From contig JADFXQ010000015.1 of assembly GCA_015233495.1 (NCBI GenBank), positions 1-37,540 on the forward strand: a stretch of DNA of 37,540 nucleotides, read 5' to 3'. A program made the translations under genes and the position numbers. Below, piece after piece: positions 36,806-37,540 of the stretch (positions within the stretch are counted from its first letter, which is position 1; every line of letters begins with the position of its first letter). Below the pieces are notes generated by a model that saw only the letters and a list, made by a program, of their open reading frames with translations, had not been told where the DNA came from and did no database searches. Origin of the DNA: Candidatus Omnitrophota bacterium. GTDB lineage: Bacteria; Omnitrophota; Gorgyraeia; Zapsychrales; Zapsychraceae.

Positions 36806-37441
36806 ATGAACCTATTTGCTAAAAAGAAAACGACCGCGGAACAAAAACTTTTGCAGATGATTGAGGCTTCTCAAGGCTCGGGTGAGGGCGGCGTTCTCCC
36901 CCAACAAAAAGCCGTCCGTAAGCAGAGTCTCCTCGCAGTGATCAAAATATTGAACGGATTATTGGTTTTAGCCGTGATCGGCGCGGCCTGTTTATTGGCC
37001 GGCGAAGTCTCGCGCGGATCCCGGGAGTTGGCCGTAAAAGTCAATTTCCCGTCAAACGTGAAGGCGAGCTCCGGGGATATCGCGGGGGCCATGCCTGCCG
37101 CGGCTTCCGTGCGGCCGGAGACAGCGTATTTGGCGTCGATCAGCGATCGGAATATTTTTCAGCCCTACGAAGAAAAAGTCAAGGGGGAGATGGCCGCTAC
37201 CGGCGTTAAAAAAACGATCGCGTTGAAGGCGGCAAAATTACGTCTCGTCGGCATATCTTGGCTGGACCGGGTGGACACAGCCTCGGTGATGCTGGAAGAC
37301 ACCGAGAAGCAAGCGACCTATTTTCTTCAGGTAGGCGAGAAAATAGGCGATATTATCGTTAAAACCATTTACGCCGATAGCGCTTTGATAGGCTACGAAA
37401 ACGAGGAGATGATAATCAAATATGACAAACCCCAGATGTAA
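36806..37441 (+). CDS. Membrane-anchored GspC/PilP-like protein
   Basis: TM helix, RNIFQP, LRLVGISW...VMLED....TYFLQVGEKI HR-domain-like pattern; follows ExeA. Confidence 0.65.
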   Translation: MNLFAKKKTTAEQKLLQMIEASQGSGEGGVLPQQKAVRKQSLLAVIKILNGLLVLAVIGAACLLAGEVSRGSRELAVKVNFPSNVKASSGDIAGAMPAAASVRPETAYLASISDRNIFQPYEEKVKGEMAATGVKKTIALKAAKLRLVGISWLDRVDTASVMLEDTEKQATYFLQVGEKIGDIIVKTIYADSALIGYENEEMIIKYDKPQM

Positions 37442-37540
37442 TTTCCCGAAGGCGGTTCTTCTGGCGTTCGCCGCATTTGCCGCGGTGAGCAGCGGCGCGG
37501 GTTTTATAACTATGGCGGCCGCGGAAGATCCGACGCCCAT
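37422..37540 (+). CDS. Exported protein, N-terminal fragment (truncated by window edge)
   Basis: MTNPRCNFPKAVLLAFAAFAAVSSGAGFITMAAAEDPTP, signal-peptide-like; GAGGAG upstream; overlaps the previous stop. Confidence 0.55.
   Translation, partial: MTNPRCNFPKAVLLAFAAFAAVSSGAGFITMAAAEDPTP

Overview
Bacterial genomic window from a draft assembly (one 184-N gap at 6643-6826), almost entirely coded on the + strand. Gene content, especially the 816-aa modular protein, suggests Candidatus Omnitrophota (PVC superphylum); this is an inference, not a database result. In order, the window holds: the end of a dcw cluster (ftsW, murG, an inserted HExxH peptidase, murC, ddl, ftsQ, ftsA, with no murB or ftsZ visible); a response regulator, U32 protein, ychF, two PilZ proteins, glgP, a CBS protein, a Pif1-like helicase, purU and a rhomboid; xseA and xseB separated by a Cache-like secreted protein plus an MCP; tRNA-Arg(UCG); gcvT-H-PA-PB and an lplA-like gene, interrupted and followed by toxin-antitoxin modules (tripartite Hip, frameshifted RelE/Gp49 + HTH, orphan nucleotidyltransferase); a minus-strand modular HEAT-repeat protein; an S41 peptidase; GT2 + DUF2304; and the start of an ExeA/GspC-type secretion locus. 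The most striking signal is non-coding: several families of small structured repeats nested inside one another. A 63-nt two-hairpin element, with three compensatory base-pair changes between its two copies, is inserted at CC into two unrelated host palindromes. One host is a ~200-nt rod-like element whose outer arms covary between copies. The other is a GTAG-type REPIN, one arm of which has also been captured in-frame in a protein. No transposase gene is present in the window.
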